Shown here piece by piece: positions 18,540 to 29,003 of a stretch of 64,000 nucleotides of DNA. The notes under the pieces were generated by a model. That model worked only from the letters and a program-made list of their open reading frames with translations, had not been told where the DNA came from and did not search any database. The position numbers were made by a program, and so were the translations under genes. Every line of letters starts with the position of its first letter. The stretch's first letter is position 1. Origin of the DNA: an uncultured Pelagibacteraceae bacterium (GTDB lineage Bacteria > Pseudomonadota > Alphaproteobacteria > Pelagibacterales > Pelagibacteraceae); contig CACHOW010000002.1 in NCBI GenBank assembly GCA_902581695.1, forward strand, positions 277 to 64,276, written 5' to 3'.

Positions 18540-19898
18540 ATGTTTGAAAATTTGACAAATAAATTCGAAGAAATTTTTTCTTCTTTAAAAAAAGCACCTT
18601 CTCTTGATGAAAAACAAGTTGATGAGGGTCTGCGAAGTATCAGGCAGGCCTTGTTAGAAGCTGATGTTTCATTAGATGTAGCTAAAGAATTTATAGAGAA
18701 TGTAAAACCAAAAGCTTTAGGACAAGAAATAATTAGATCAACATCACCAGGGGAAATGGTGGTTAAAATTGTTTATGATGAATTAGTTAATTTACTTGGA
18801 GAAAAAAATAATGATGTTAACTTAAATTCAGTACCACCCGTGCCTATGATGTTGGTTGGATTACAAGGGTCTGGTAAAACAACTACAACGGCCAAGTTAG
18901 CAAGATATCTTGAAAATACTAAAAAGAAAAAAGTTATGATGGTGAGCTTAGATATCTACAGGCCAGCTGCACAAGAGCAATTAAAATTCTTAGGTGAACA
19001 AAACAATATTTTAACTCTCCCTATTATTGAAGGACAACAACCAGTCGATATTTGTCAAAGAGCTATTAGTGCCGCTAACTTAAATGGTGCTGATATCATA
19101 TTATTTGATACCGCAGGTAGGACACAGATAGATTTACAAATGATGAGTGAAATTAAACAAATTGAAAATATTATTAGTCCTGCTGAGACATTTTTGGTTG
19201 CAGACTCTCTTACAGGACAAGTGGCAGCATCTGTTGCAAAAGAATTTAAAAACACAGTAAATCTTTCAGGAATAATTTTAACAAGAGCTGATGGTGATGC
19301 TAGGGGTGGAGCAGCTGTAAGTATGAAATTTGTTTCTCAAGTTCCAATTAAATTTCTTGGTGTTGGTGAGAAAATTGAAAATCTTGAGGCATTTCATCCA
19401 GATAGAATTGCTAATAGAATTTTGGGAATGGGAGATATTGTTTCTCTCGTAGAAAAAGCAGCCCAAGACTTGGGTGAAGAAAATATAAAAAAAGCTGAAG
19501 AAAATTTAAAAAAAGGGCAATTTTCAATGGAGGATTATTTAACTCAATTACGACAAATGAAAAAGATGGGTGGAATAGAGGGAGTGATGTCTTTTATGCC
19601 AGGTGTCTCTAAAGTTAAATCACAAATGGATGCTGCTGGGATAGATGAGAGTGTTATAACAAAAAATGAAGCTATAATTTTGTCTATGACAAAAAAAGAG
19701 AGAGAGAACCCAAAAATAATTGATGGTTCAAGAAAAAAAAGAATTGCTAATGGTTCTGGTACTGACCCAGCCACTATCAATAAATTGCTAAAGCAATTTA
19801 AAATGATGTCTGAAATGATGAAAAAGATGTCTAAAGGAAATCTGAAAGGTATGTCTGACAAAGGAATACCACCAGAATTATTTAATCAATTAAAATAA
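18540..19898 (+). CDS. ffh: Signal recognition particle protein Ffh
   Basis: MFENL start (ATG 18540), GLQGSGKTT, DTAGR, RILGMGD, Met-rich M domain with RIANGSG. Confidence 0.98.
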   Translation: MFENLTNKFEEIFSSLKKAPSLDEKQVDEGLRSIRQALLEADVSLDVAKEFIENVKPKALGQEIIRSTSPGEMVVKIVYDELVNLLGEKNNDVNLNSVPPVPMMLVGLQGSGKTTTTAKLARYLENTKKKKVMMVSLDIYRPAAQEQLKFLGEQNNILTLPIIEGQQPVDICQRAISAANLNGADIILFDTAGRTQIDLQMMSEIKQIENIISPAETFLVADSLTGQVAASVAKEFKNTVNLSGIILTRADGDARGGAAVSMKFVSQVPIKFLGVGEKIENLEAFHPDRIANRILGMGDIVSLVEKAAQDLGEENIKKAEENLKKGQFSMEDYLTQLRQMKKMGGIEGVMSFMPGVSKVKSQMDAAGIDESVITKNEAIILSMTKKERENPKIIDGSRKKRIANGSGTDPATINKLLKQFKMMSEMMKKMSKGNLKGMSDKGIPPELFNQLK

Positions 19899-19912
19899 AA
19901 AAAGGAGAGTAA

Positions 19913-20395
19913 ATGTTAAAGTTAAGGTTATCACGAGGTGGAACAAAAAAAAGACCTGTTTACAAATTAGTTGTAGCAGATAGTCGATTTGCAAGGGATG
20001 GAAGGTTTATTGAAAAAGTAGGTTTTTTCAATCCATTACTTCCTAAAGAGAAGAAAGAAAGAATTGGACTCGAGGCTGAAAGAATTAAATACTGGTTAGG
20101 TCAAGGTGCACAACCAACAACAAGGGTAGCAAGAATTTTAGGTGAAAATGAATTAATGCCTATGCCTGCTAATGGAAACAATCCTCAAAAAGCAGTTCCA
20201 AAAAAAGATAGAAAAAAAGAAGGATCTGAAGAAGCTCCTAAAGCAGAAGCAGCACCAGCAGCTGAAGCTAAAAAAGAAGAAGCTCCTAAAGCAGAAGCTA
20301 AAAAAGAAGAAGCTCCTAAAGCAGAAGCTAAAAAAGAAGAAGCTCCTAAAGCAGAAGCTAAAAAAGAAGAGGCTCCTAAAGAGGAAAAAAAATAA
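19913..20395 (+). CDS. rpsP: 30S ribosomal protein S16 with long Ala/Glu/Lys C-terminal tail
   Basis: MLKLRLSRGG.KKRPVY, RDGRFIEKVG, WLGQGAQPT; GGAG RBS. Confidence 0.97.
   Translation: MLKLRLSRGGTKKRPVYKLVVADSRFARDGRFIEKVGFFNPLLPKEKKERIGLEAERIKYWLGQGAQPTTRVARILGENELMPMPANGNNPQKAVPKKDRKKEGSEEAPKAEAAPAAEAKKEEAPKAEAKKEEAPKAEAKKEEAPKAEAKKEEAPKEEKK
20261..20380 (+). repeat. 4 x 30-bp in-frame tandem repeat encoding (AEAKKEEAPK)4
   Basis: GCWGAAGCTAAAAAAGAAGARGCTCCTAAA at 20261, 20291, 20321, 20351; copies 2 and 3 are identical. Confidence 0.97.
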
Positions 20396-20409
20396 TTTTA
20401 AGTTTATTT

Positions 20410-21096
20410 ATGTTTCAAGCTCAAGTGTTTACTCTTTATCCAGAAATTTTTCCTGGACCACTAGCCAAAGGTCTTTATGGAAAAGCTTTGTCTAATAAAT
20501 TGTGGAGCTTAAGTGTAATTAATATTAGAGATGCAGCAAGTGATAAACATAAAACTGTTGATGATACTCCTTACGGTGGTGGAACAGGAATGTTACTTAA
20601 ACCAGATGTATTAGCAAAATCCCTTGATCAAAAAGTTAAGAAAGGAGAAAGAGTTTTTTATCTTTCGCCAAAAGGAAAAAAATTTGATCAAAAACTTGCA
20701 CAAGATTTATCAAAAGAGAAATCAATATCCTTAATATGTGGACACTTTGAAGGGGTCGATGAAAGAATTCTAAATACGAGAAATATTGAAGAAATAAGTA
20801 TAGGAGATTATGTTTTGTCTGGAGGCGAAACCGCAGCACTAGTTGTACTTGATTCTATTTTAAGACTTTTACCAGGAGTTCTAGGAAATGAAAAATCCTC
20901 AATTGATGAAACCTTTGGAAATGGTCTTTTAGAGTATCCCCAATATACGAAACCTCAAATTTGGGAGAAAAAATCGGTCCCAGAGGTATTATTATCTGGA
21001 GATCATGCCAAAATTAAAGACTGGCGTTTATCTCAATCAGAGGCTATAACACGCGACCGAAGACCAGATTTGTGGCAAAAATATAAAAAAAATTAA
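20410..21096 (+). CDS. trmD: tRNA (guanine37-N1)-methyltransferase
   Basis: [50 protein letters not shown]. Confidence 0.97.
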   Translation: MFQAQVFTLYPEIFPGPLAKGLYGKALSNKLWSLSVINIRDAASDKHKTVDDTPYGGGTGMLLKPDVLAKSLDQKVKKGERVFYLSPKGKKFDQKLAQDLSKEKSISLICGHFEGVDERILNTRNIEEISIGDYVLSGGETAALVVLDSILRLLPGVLGNEKSSIDETFGNGLLEYPQYTKPQIWEKKSVPEVLLSGDHAKIKDWRLSQSEAITRDRRPDLWQKYKKN

Positions 21097-21112
21097 TTTG
21101 TTAAACATTAAA

Positions 21113-21688
21113 ATGAAAACTATTGAAGAAATTAATCAGCATAATATTAAAAAAATTGTTTCAGAAAAAAAGATTCCTGATTTTTTTCCAGGGGATGTCG
21201 TTAAAGTTGGTGTAAGAATTACTGAAGGTAAAAAAGAAAGAATTCAATATTTTGAAGGCGTTTGCATTGCAAAAAAAAATAGAGATTTAAACTCATCATT
21301 TACTGTAAGAAAAATTTCTTTTGGAGAAGGTGTAGAAAGAACATTTCCATTATATGGTACAGTAATTGATACAATTAAGGTAATCCGTTCAGGAAAAGTT
21401 AGAAGAGCTAAACTTTATTATTTAAGAGATAGAACGGGCAAATCAGCAAGAATTGCAGAAAAAATTAGAAAAAAAATTGGTATTGACATTGATGTTAAAC
21501 CAGAAACAGTAAATGAAGAGAACCTAGCTCCAGTTTTTAAAGATACTGAAGTAGAGACAAAAACAGAGACTGCTCAAGCTTTAGAGCCTAAAAAAGATGT
21601 TTCTTCTAAAGAAGAAACTAAAATAGAGGATCCTAAGGTTGAAAATAAAGCAGAAAAAAAACTTGAAAATACTCCAGAAAAAAAATAA
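21113..21688 (+). CDS. rplS: 50S ribosomal protein L19 with acidic C-terminal extension
   Basis: [33 protein letters not shown]; ATG at 21113. Confidence 0.97.
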   Translation: MKTIEEINQHNIKKIVSEKKIPDFFPGDVVKVGVRITEGKKERIQYFEGVCIAKKNRDLNSSFTVRKISFGEGVERTFPLYGTVIDTIKVIRSGKVRRAKLYYLRDRTGKSARIAEKIRKKIGIDIDVKPETVNEENLAPVFKDTEVETKTETAQALEPKKDVSSKEETKIEDPKVENKAEKKLENTPEKK

Positions 21689-21699
21689 TTTTTTTTTCA

Positions 21700-23103
21700 A
21701 TGCCCAATACTCTTTACGATAAAATTTGGAATGATCACTTAGTAGATCAACAAGCTGATGGTACAGCTTTGTTATTTGTTGATAGACATTTGGTCCACGA
21801 GGTAACTAGCCCTCAAGCATTTGAAGGATTAAGAAATTCTAATAGGAAAGTTAGACATCCAAAATTAACTCTTGCAGTTGCAGATCATAACGTTCCCACA
21901 ACAGATAGATCAAAAGGTATATCGGATCAAGAGTCTAAAATTCAAGTTGACACATTAGATTCAAATTGCAAAGAGTTTGGTATTCAGTTGTTTGGAATGG
22001 ATGACAAAAGACAAGGTATAGTTCATATAATTGGTCCAGAGCAAGGTTTTACTCAACCAGGTACGGTAATTGTTTGTGGAGACAGTCATACAGCAACTCA
22101 TGGTGCATTTGGAGCTTTAGCTTTTGGAATTGGAACATCAGAGGTAGAACATGTTTTAGCAACACAAACATTAGTTCAAAAAAAAGCAAAAAATTTTAGA
22201 ATTAATGTAGATGGTAAACTTCCTTTAGGAGTTACTTCAAAAGATGTAATACTCCAAATAATTGGAAAAATAGGAACAGCTGGAGGAACAGGCTGTGTAA
22301 TAGAATATGCAGGGAATTTAATTAGATCTTTGAGTGTTGAGCAAAGAATGACAATATGCAATATGACAATCGAAGGTGGAGCTAGAGCAGGATTAATTGC
22401 ACCTGATGAAAAAATATTTGAATATTTAAAAGGTAAACCCATGTCTCCCAAAGGTAAGGATTGGGACAAAGCCCTACAATATTGGAAAAATTTAAAAACA
22501 GATAATGGTGCTAAATTTGACAAAGAAATAAATTTAAAAGCTGAAGAAATTTTACCGATGATTACTTGGGGAACATCTCCTCAAGATGTGATAACGATCG
22601 ATGGAAAAGTTCCAAATCCAAAAAATGAAAAAGATGAGGATAAAAAGAATTCGTTAGAGAGGTCTTTAAATTATATGGGGCTAGAACCAGATATGGCAGC
22701 AAAAGATATAAAAATAGATAAAGTTTTTATTGGAAGTTGTACTAATGGAAGAATAGAAGATTTAAGAGAAGCTGCAAAAATTTTGAAAGATAAAAAAATA
22801 GCCTCCCACATTCATGGAATGGTCGTCCCAGGATCAGGATTAGTAAAAGAACAAGCAGAGCAAGAGGGATTAGATAAAATTTTTGTTAATTCAGGTTTTG
22901 AATGGAGAGAACCAGGCTGTTCAATGTGTTTAGCCATGAATGCAGATAAATTAAAACCAGAAGAAAGATGTGCTTCTACTTCAAATAGAAATTTTGAAGG
23001 TAGACAAGGGAGAGGTGGTAGAACACATCTAGTAAGTCCTGGAATGGCAGCAGCGGCTGCTATCTCTGGAAACCTCGATGATGTGAGAAAGTATCAAAAT
23101 TAA
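21700..23103 (+). CDS. leuC: 3-isopropylmalate dehydratase large subunit
   Basis: [47 protein letters not shown]. Confidence 0.98.
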   Translation: MPNTLYDKIWNDHLVDQQADGTALLFVDRHLVHEVTSPQAFEGLRNSNRKVRHPKLTLAVADHNVPTTDRSKGISDQESKIQVDTLDSNCKEFGIQLFGMDDKRQGIVHIIGPEQGFTQPGTVIVCGDSHTATHGAFGALAFGIGTSEVEHVLATQTLVQKKAKNFRINVDGKLPLGVTSKDVILQIIGKIGTAGGTGCVIEYAGNLIRSLSVEQRMTICNMTIEGGARAGLIAPDEKIFEYLKGKPMSPKGKDWDKALQYWKNLKTDNGAKFDKEINLKAEEILPMITWGTSPQDVITIDGKVPNPKNEKDEDKKNSLERSLNYMGLEPDMAAKDIKIDKVFIGSCTNGRIEDLREAAKILKDKKIASHIHGMVVPGSGLVKEQAEQEGLDKIFVNSGFEWREPGCSMCLAMNADKLKPEERCASTSNRNFEGRQGRGGRTHLVSPGMAAAAAISGNLDDVRKYQN

Positions 23104-23104
23104 A

Positions 23105-23710
23105 ATGCAAAAATTTAATACACTTAAAAGTATTCCTGCTTATTTGCCGATAGTAAATATTGATACGGATATGATTATTCCAAAACAATTTTTAAAAACT
23201 ATTAAAAGAACTGGTCTTGGTAAAAACTTGTTTTTTGAAATGAGATATGATGACAATGGAAATAAAATTGATAATTTTATTTTAAACAAGCATCCTTTCA
23301 ATGACTCAAAAATTTTGATAGCGGGTAAGAATTTTGGGTGTGGTTCTTCAAGAGAACATGCTCCTTGGGCGCTATTAGACTTTGGGATTACTTGCGTTAT
23401 AAGTTCAAGCTTTGCTGATATTTTTTACAGCAACTGTTTTAAAAACGGAATTTTGCCAATTATTATTAATGAAGAAAAAATTAAAGAGTTATCAGAATAT
23501 GCAAATAGAAAAGAAGAAATTTTCATTAACCTTAATGATGAAAAGATTGTTTATGGAAATAGTGAGATTAAATTTAAGATAGATTCATTTAAGAAGAAAT
23601 GTCTATTAGAAGGACTAGATGATATAGCTTTATCTTTAAAAAAATCAGATAAGATTAAAACTTTTGAAAATGATTTGAGAGATAAAAAGCCTTGGATTTT
23701 TAATGATTAA
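23105..23710 (+). CDS. leuD: 3-isopropylmalate dehydratase small subunit
   Basis: [28 protein letters not shown]. Confidence 0.98.
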   Translation: MQKFNTLKSIPAYLPIVNIDTDMIIPKQFLKTIKRTGLGKNLFFEMRYDDNGNKIDNFILNKHPFNDSKILIAGKNFGCGSSREHAPWALLDFGITCVISSSFADIFYSNCFKNGILPIIINEEKIKELSEYANRKEEIFINLNDEKIVYGNSEIKFKIDSFKKKCLLEGLDDIALSLKKSDKIKTFENDLRDKKPWIFND

Positions 23711-24809
23711 ATTAAAAAAAAGAAAAATATTACTATTGCCTGGTGATGGAATCGGTCCTGAGGTTATTGAAGAAGTACGAAAAACAATAAACTGGTTTAA
23801 CTCTAAAAAATCTCTAGATTTCGAAATTGATGAAGACCTTGCTGGGGGTTGTTCTTATGACAAACATGGAGCACCCATAACTGATGAAGTTTTTTATAAA
23901 GCATTAGAGAGTGCGGTCGTTATGCTTGGAGCAGTAGGTGGACCGAAATGGGATAACGTTGAATTTTCAAAAAAGCCAGAAAGAGCATTATTAAAGTTAA
24001 GAAAAGAATTAAAGTTATTTGCAAATCTAAGACCTGCAATTTGTTTTAAACAGTTAGTTGATGCTTCAACTTTAAAACCAGAGATTGTTTCAGGTTTAGA
24101 TATTATGATTGTAAGAGAACTTACAGGTGGAATATATTTTGGTGAACCTAGGGGGATTAAGCCTATAGAAAATGGTGAAAGAAAAGGAATTAATACTCAC
24201 ACTTATACTAGCAGTGAAATAATTAGAGTAGCCAAAATTGCTTTCGATTTAGCAAAAAAAAGATCTAATAAAGTTACATCCTGTGAAAAATCTAACGTGA
24301 TGGAGGCTGGACAACTTTGGAGAGAGGAAGTTCAAACTTTACACGATAAAGATTATAAAGATGTGGAGTTAAGTCATATGTTGGCAGATAATTGCTCTAT
24401 GCAACTTTTAAGAAATCCCAAACAATTTGATGTTATAGTAACTGATAATTTATTTGGAGATATGTTATCTGATCAAGCTTCAATGTTGACTGGTTCATTA
24501 GGTCTTTTGCCTTCAGCATCTTTAGGAGCAAAAAATAAAGAAGGTGAAATGAGGGCTATGTATGAGCCTATTCATGGCTCTGCTCCTGATATTGCAGGTA
24601 AGGGAATCGCAAACCCGATTGCATCCATATTGAGCTTTGCTATGGCCCTAAGATATTCTTTAGATTTAGACAAAGAGGCTGAGGCTCTTGAAAAAGCCGT
24701 ACAAGATGTACTAAATGATGGTTTAAGAACAAAGGATATTTTATCAGAAGGAATGAAAGAAGTTTCAACTTCAAAAATGGGTGATGCGATAATTTCAAAA
24801 TTGCAATAA
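23703..24809 (+). CDS. leuB: 3-isopropylmalate dehydrogenase
   Basis: [38 protein letters not shown]. Confidence 0.97.
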   Translation: MIKLKKRKILLLPGDGIGPEVIEEVRKTINWFNSKKSLDFEIDEDLAGGCSYDKHGAPITDEVFYKALESAVVMLGAVGGPKWDNVEFSKKPERALLKLRKELKLFANLRPAICFKQLVDASTLKPEIVSGLDIMIVRELTGGIYFGEPRGIKPIENGERKGINTHTYTSSEIIRVAKIAFDLAKKRSNKVTSCEKSNVMEAGQLWREEVQTLHDKDYKDVELSHMLADNCSMQLLRNPKQFDVIVTDNLFGDMLSDQASMLTGSLGLLPSASLGAKNKEGEMRAMYEPIHGSAPDIAGKGIANPIASILSFAMALRYSLDLDKEAEALEKAVQDVLNDGLRTKDILSEGMKEVSTSKMGDAIISKLQ

Positions 24810-24829
24810 TCTACTAATTGTCCTAAACT
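24801..24829 (+). promoter_or_regulatory. Putative sigma70 promoter for the dmdC-dmdB-hydrolase-dmdA cluster
   Basis: TTGCAA (24801-24806), 17 nt spacer, TAAACT (24824-24829); ATG lies 7 nt after the -10. Confidence 0.55.
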
Positions 24830-24836
24830 ATTTTTT

Positions 24837-26600
24837 ATGCCAAGCTATACTGCACCTGTAGATGATATGATGTTTCTTTTTGAGAAACTTAGAGATAATA
24901 AAAATTATAATGAATTAGAAAAATATAAAGAAGTAAGTCCAGATTTAGTCAAAGATATTTTAGAAGAAGCAGCAAAAATAAATCAAAATTTAATTTTACC
25001 CCTTGCACAAGTAGGTGATGAGACTCCCGCTGTTTTAGAAAATGGAATAGTAAGAACACCCCCAGGATACAAAGAAGCATATAAAAAATATATTGAAGAT
25101 GGATGGACATCTTTATCATGTGATCCAAAGTATGGTGGTCAAGGCATGCCAAAAACTGTAAGTGCGTTTTTTGATGAAATGCTCTCCTCAGCAAGTTTAT
25201 CCTTTAAACTTTATAGTGAACTGAGTATTGGTGCATATAATTGCATTAATCATCATGCCTCTGATGAAATTAAAGATATGTATTTACCAAAAATTGTTGA
25301 GGGAAAGTGGAGTGGCACAATGTGTTTAACGGAACCAGTTTGTGGAACAGATTTAGGACTTTTAAAAACTAAAGCTGAAAAACAAAACGATGGAACATAT
25401 AAAATCAGTGGTCAGAAAATATTTATCACTTCTGGTGATCAAGATCTTACAGAAAATATAATTCATTTAGTAATTGCAAGAGCAACAGACTCTCCACCAG
25501 GGACCAAGGGTATAAGTTTATTTTTAGTGCCTAAATTTAAAGTTAACGAGGATGGAAGCGTTGGCCCAAGAAACGGAATATCAACTGGATCAATTGAAAG
25601 TAAAATGGGTATTAAAGGATCAGCTACGTGTGTTTTAAATTTTGATGAAGCGACTGGATATTTGATTGGTAAAAAAGATAAAGGTTTAAGTGCAATGTTT
25701 ACAATGATGAATCTTGAGAGAATTATTGTTGGTATTCAGGGACTTGGAATTTCTGAGATTGCTTATCAAAATTCTCTCGCATACGCCAAAGAGAGAAAGC
25801 AAGGTAAAACCAATAATTCAAAATCATCTAACGGTGCAGATTTTATAATTGAACATGCAGATATCAGAAGATCGTTATTAAATATGAAATCTATTATTGA
25901 AGGCGAGAGAGCATTATGTTTTTGGTTATCTCAACAAACAGAAGTTAGTTTAAATCATCCAGACGAAAAAGTTAGACAAGAAGCATCTGACTTTGTTTCA
26001 CTTATGACACCTGTCGTAAAATCCTTATTTTCAGACCTGGGTATGGAAATCACTAATGATGCAATGCAAATTCATGGAGGTTATGGTTATACAAAAGATC
26101 AAGGAATAGAACAATTATATCGTGACAATAGAATTACTCCAATTTATGAAGGCACTAATTCTGTACAAGCTGCAGATTTAGTATTTAGAAAATTATCTAA
26201 TAAAAATGGTAATATAATTAAAAAGTTTTTAGATTTAATTAAATCTGAGACTAATTCAAATAATGAAAAAATTAAGCCATTTACAGAAGAATTCAATCAT
26301 TACTTAGATATTCTTACAAAGTTTAGTGAATGGACTATTGAAAAAGCAAAGACAGACAAAAATGATGTAAGTGCAAGTGCAAATGATTATTTAAAGACGC
26401 TTGGCTATATATCGGTTGCTTACGCTTGGATAAAAGTTCTAGAGGTAAGTTTCAAAGATTATGAAGAAAATAAAAAATTTTATGATGATAAAATAAATAC
26501 TGCCAAATTTTATTTTGATAAGGTTTTACCTAGAGCTGAACTGCATTACAAATCTGCTATTTCTGGAAGCTCAAATATAATGAATTTTAAATTTAACTAA
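24837..26600 (+). CDS. dmdC: Acyl-CoA dehydrogenase, likely 3-methylmercaptopropionyl-CoA dehydrogenase
   Basis: TMCLTEP..GTDLG, GQKIFIT, QIHGGYGY, IYEGTN; long ~590-aa type; clustered with dmdB/dmdA. Confidence 0.85.
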   Translation: MPSYTAPVDDMMFLFEKLRDNKNYNELEKYKEVSPDLVKDILEEAAKINQNLILPLAQVGDETPAVLENGIVRTPPGYKEAYKKYIEDGWTSLSCDPKYGGQGMPKTVSAFFDEMLSSASLSFKLYSELSIGAYNCINHHASDEIKDMYLPKIVEGKWSGTMCLTEPVCGTDLGLLKTKAEKQNDGTYKISGQKIFITSGDQDLTENIIHLVIARATDSPPGTKGISLFLVPKFKVNEDGSVGPRNGISTGSIESKMGIKGSATCVLNFDEATGYLIGKKDKGLSAMFTMMNLERIIVGIQGLGISEIAYQNSLAYAKERKQGKTNNSKSSNGADFIIEHADIRRSLLNMKSIIEGERALCFWLSQQTEVSLNHPDEKVRQEASDFVSLMTPVVKSLFSDLGMEITNDAMQIHGGYGYTKDQGIEQLYRDNRITPIYEGTNSVQAADLVFRKLSNKNGNIIKKFLDLIKSETNSNNEKIKPFTEEFNHYLDILTKFSEWTIEKAKTDKNDVSASANDYLKTLGYISVAYAWIKVLEVSFKDYEENKKFYDDKINTAKFYFDKVLPRAELHYKSAISGSSNIMNFKFN

Positions 26601-26601
26601 A

Positions 26602-28218
26602 ATGAGTCATTACGATACCAATTTAGATAAAAATAAAGCAAATTATGTTCCATTGACACCTTTATCTTTTTTAGAGAGAGCAAAGGATGTTTATCCTAAC
26701 TATGAAGCAATAGTTTATGAAGATAGGAAATATACCTGGAGTGAAGTATTTAATAGAGCAAGTAAATTTGCAAGTGCATTAGAAAAAATTGGAATTTGTA
26801 AAGGAGATACTGTTTCATTTTTGGCATTTAACACACCAGAAATTTTTGAGGCCCATTATTCTGTTCCAATGACTGGTGCAGTACTAAATACAATTAATAT
26901 TAGATTAGACGCTAATACTATCTCATATATTTTAAAACATAGTGATGCAAAAGTTTTAGTCGTAGACAGACAACTTCATGCAGAAGTGAAAAAAGCCTTA
27001 AGCAAATTGGAAAAAAAAATTACAGTAATCGATATTCATGACAAGTTTGCAGATCAATCAAAACTAGAAAAAATTGGTGACCTTGAATATGAAAGTTTTT
27101 TAAACACAGGGGATGAAAATTATATTTGGAAAATGCCAGATGATGAATGGCAAGCTATATCTTTAAGCTACACTTCTGGGACAACAGGAAATCCAAAGGG
27201 TGTTGTCTATCATCATAGAGGTTCTTATTTAATGTCTACAGGAAGTGCTGTAGCCTGGAACATGCCAAATAGATTAAATTTTTTAACAGTAGTTCCAATG
27301 TTCCATTGTAATGGCTGGTGCTATCCTTGGACTGTTCCAATGTTAAATGGAAGAACTATTTGTTTAAGAAATATAGATATAAAGAAGATTTTTGAATTAA
27401 TTGATAAATATAATGTCACTCATTTCGGTGGTGCACCTATAGTTTTGAATATGATTACAGGTGCTCCAGAAAGCGATAGAAAAAAATTAAAACATAAGGT
27501 TCATGTTTTAACTGCAGGAGCTCCTCCACCAAGTATCATTTTCAAAAAAATGAAAGAACTGGGTTTTGAAGTTATGCATGTTTATGGTTTAACAGAAACC
27601 TATGGCCATGTAACCCAATGTGCTTGGAATGATGACTGGAATGAATTTGATGAGGATAAACAAAATGAGATTAAAGCAAGACAAGGTGTTAGATATCCCA
27701 ATCTAGAAGGAGCTACTATTATGGATCCTGAAACAATGAAAGAAGTTCCAAAAGATGGAAAAACTATTGGTGAAATAATGCTTAGAGGCAATGTTGTAAT
27801 GAAAGGTTATTTTAAAGATAAAGCCGCAACAGATAAAGCCATGGCTGGGGGATGGTTTCATTCAGGCGATTTAGCAGTAATCCATCCAGATGGATATGTA
27901 AAAATACAAGATAGATCAAAAGATATAATTATATCAGGTGGAGAAAATATATCTTCAATTGAAATAGAAAATACTTTATCGAAGCATCCGTCTGTTTCTA
28001 TAGCTGCTGTTGTTGCAAAACCTGATGAAAAATGGGGTGAAGTACCCTGTGCCTTTATAGAAATGGTTAAAGATAAGCCAACTAGTGAAAAAGATTTAAT
28101 AAATTTTTGTAAAGAAACTTTAGCAGGCTTTAAGGTACCAAAACAAGTTATTTTTTGTGAATTACCAAAAACATCAACTGGGAAAATTCAAAAGTTTGAA
28201 TTAAGAAAAAAATTTTAG
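26602..28218 (+). CDS. dmdB: Acyl-CoA synthetase, likely MMPA-CoA ligase
   Basis: YTSGTTGNPKG, PMFHCNGW, YGLTE, PKTSTGKIQK; adjacent to dmdC/dmdA. Confidence 0.87.
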   Translation: MSHYDTNLDKNKANYVPLTPLSFLERAKDVYPNYEAIVYEDRKYTWSEVFNRASKFASALEKIGICKGDTVSFLAFNTPEIFEAHYSVPMTGAVLNTINIRLDANTISYILKHSDAKVLVVDRQLHAEVKKALSKLEKKITVIDIHDKFADQSKLEKIGDLEYESFLNTGDENYIWKMPDDEWQAISLSYTSGTTGNPKGVVYHHRGSYLMSTGSAVAWNMPNRLNFLTVVPMFHCNGWCYPWTVPMLNGRTICLRNIDIKKIFELIDKYNVTHFGGAPIVLNMITGAPESDRKKLKHKVHVLTAGAPPPSIIFKKMKELGFEVMHVYGLTETYGHVTQCAWNDDWNEFDEDKQNEIKARQGVRYPNLEGATIMDPETMKEVPKDGKTIGEIMLRGNVVMKGYFKDKAATDKAMAGGWFHSGDLAVIHPDGYVKIQDRSKDIIISGGENISSIEIENTLSKHPSVSIAAVVAKPDEKWGEVPCAFIEMVKDKPTSEKDLINFCKETLAGFKVPKQVIFCELPKTSTGKIQKFELRKKF

Positions 28219-28226
28219 GTAATTAC

Positions 28227-29003
28227 TTGATATTCGATATAGAAAATAAAAGTGTTCATGCATCTGATGCTGGACAAGGCATAAATATTTCAAAAGATAC
28301 AATAGTATTTCTCCATGGAAGTGGTCTTTCCCACATCGTTTGGTCATTAGCAGAACAATTTTTTTCAAGTAAAAATTTTAATGTTCTTTCAATTGATTTA
28401 CCTGGTCATGGAAATTCGGAAGGCCCTTGTTTAGATAGCATTGAAAAAATTTCAGATTGGTTAGAAAAAGTTTTTGAAAAATTAAATTTAAATAATCTAA
28501 TAATTATTAGTCACTCACAAGGTTGTTTAGGGGCCTTAGAATATTCTCTTAAATATAAAGATAGGTTAAAAAAGTTGGTTTTTGTTGGAGGATCATACCG
28601 AATGCCAGTAAATGAAGATTTAATAGATTTAGCCTCAAATGGAGATTCTGAAGCAGTAAAATTAATGATGAAATGGGGTTATGAAGGTTCTAAAAAATTT
28701 ATTGGTGGCAATCCGATAGAGAGAATAATCAAATCTCCTAGAGACATAAGTGAAATCTTAGCAGTAGATCTCATTGCTTGTAATAACTATAAAAATGGCT
28801 CTGAAGCTGCGAAAGCAATCACTTGTCCAGTCATGTTAGTTCTTGGAGAATTAGATAAGATGGTTAATTTAGAATTTGGTAAAAAATTTGCAAACTTAGT
28901 TAAAAATTCCAAGACGCATATAATAGAGGGATGTGGACATATGATTATGATTGAAAAAGCATTTGAAATGAGAGAAAAGGTCTTAGAATTTTTAAAAAAA
29001 TGA
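28227..29003 (+). CDS. Alpha/beta-fold hydrolase within the dmd cluster
   Basis: FLHGSG, DLPGHG, SHSQG nucleophile, GELDKMV, CGHM; overlaps the dmdA start (ATGA). Confidence 0.88.
   Translation: MIFDIENKSVHASDAGQGINISKDTIVFLHGSGLSHIVWSLAEQFFSSKNFNVLSIDLPGHGNSEGPCLDSIEKISDWLEKVFEKLNLNNLIIISHSQGCLGALEYSLKYKDRLKKLVFVGGSYRMPVNEDLIDLASNGDSEAVKLMMKWGYEGSKKFIGGNPIERIIKSPRDISEILAVDLIACNNYKNGSEAAKAITCPVMLVLGELDKMVNLEFGKKFANLVKNSKTHIIEGCGHMIMIEKAFEMREKVLEFLKK

Noticed and set aside
18394-18597. 67-aa minus-strand ORF, and the GTG start at 18513 for ffh
   Set aside because: The ORF runs antisense through the structured leader and the ffh start; the conserved Ffh N-terminus (MFENL) begins at 18540
20261-20380. 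30-bp repeats as a CRISPR array
   Set aside because: The copies are contiguous with no spacers, lie in frame inside rpsP, and there are no cas genes
20172-20495. 107-aa Lys/Leu-rich ORF (KQKLKKKKLL repeats)
   Set aside because: Alternative-frame read of the rpsP tandem repeat, overlapping rpsP and trmD
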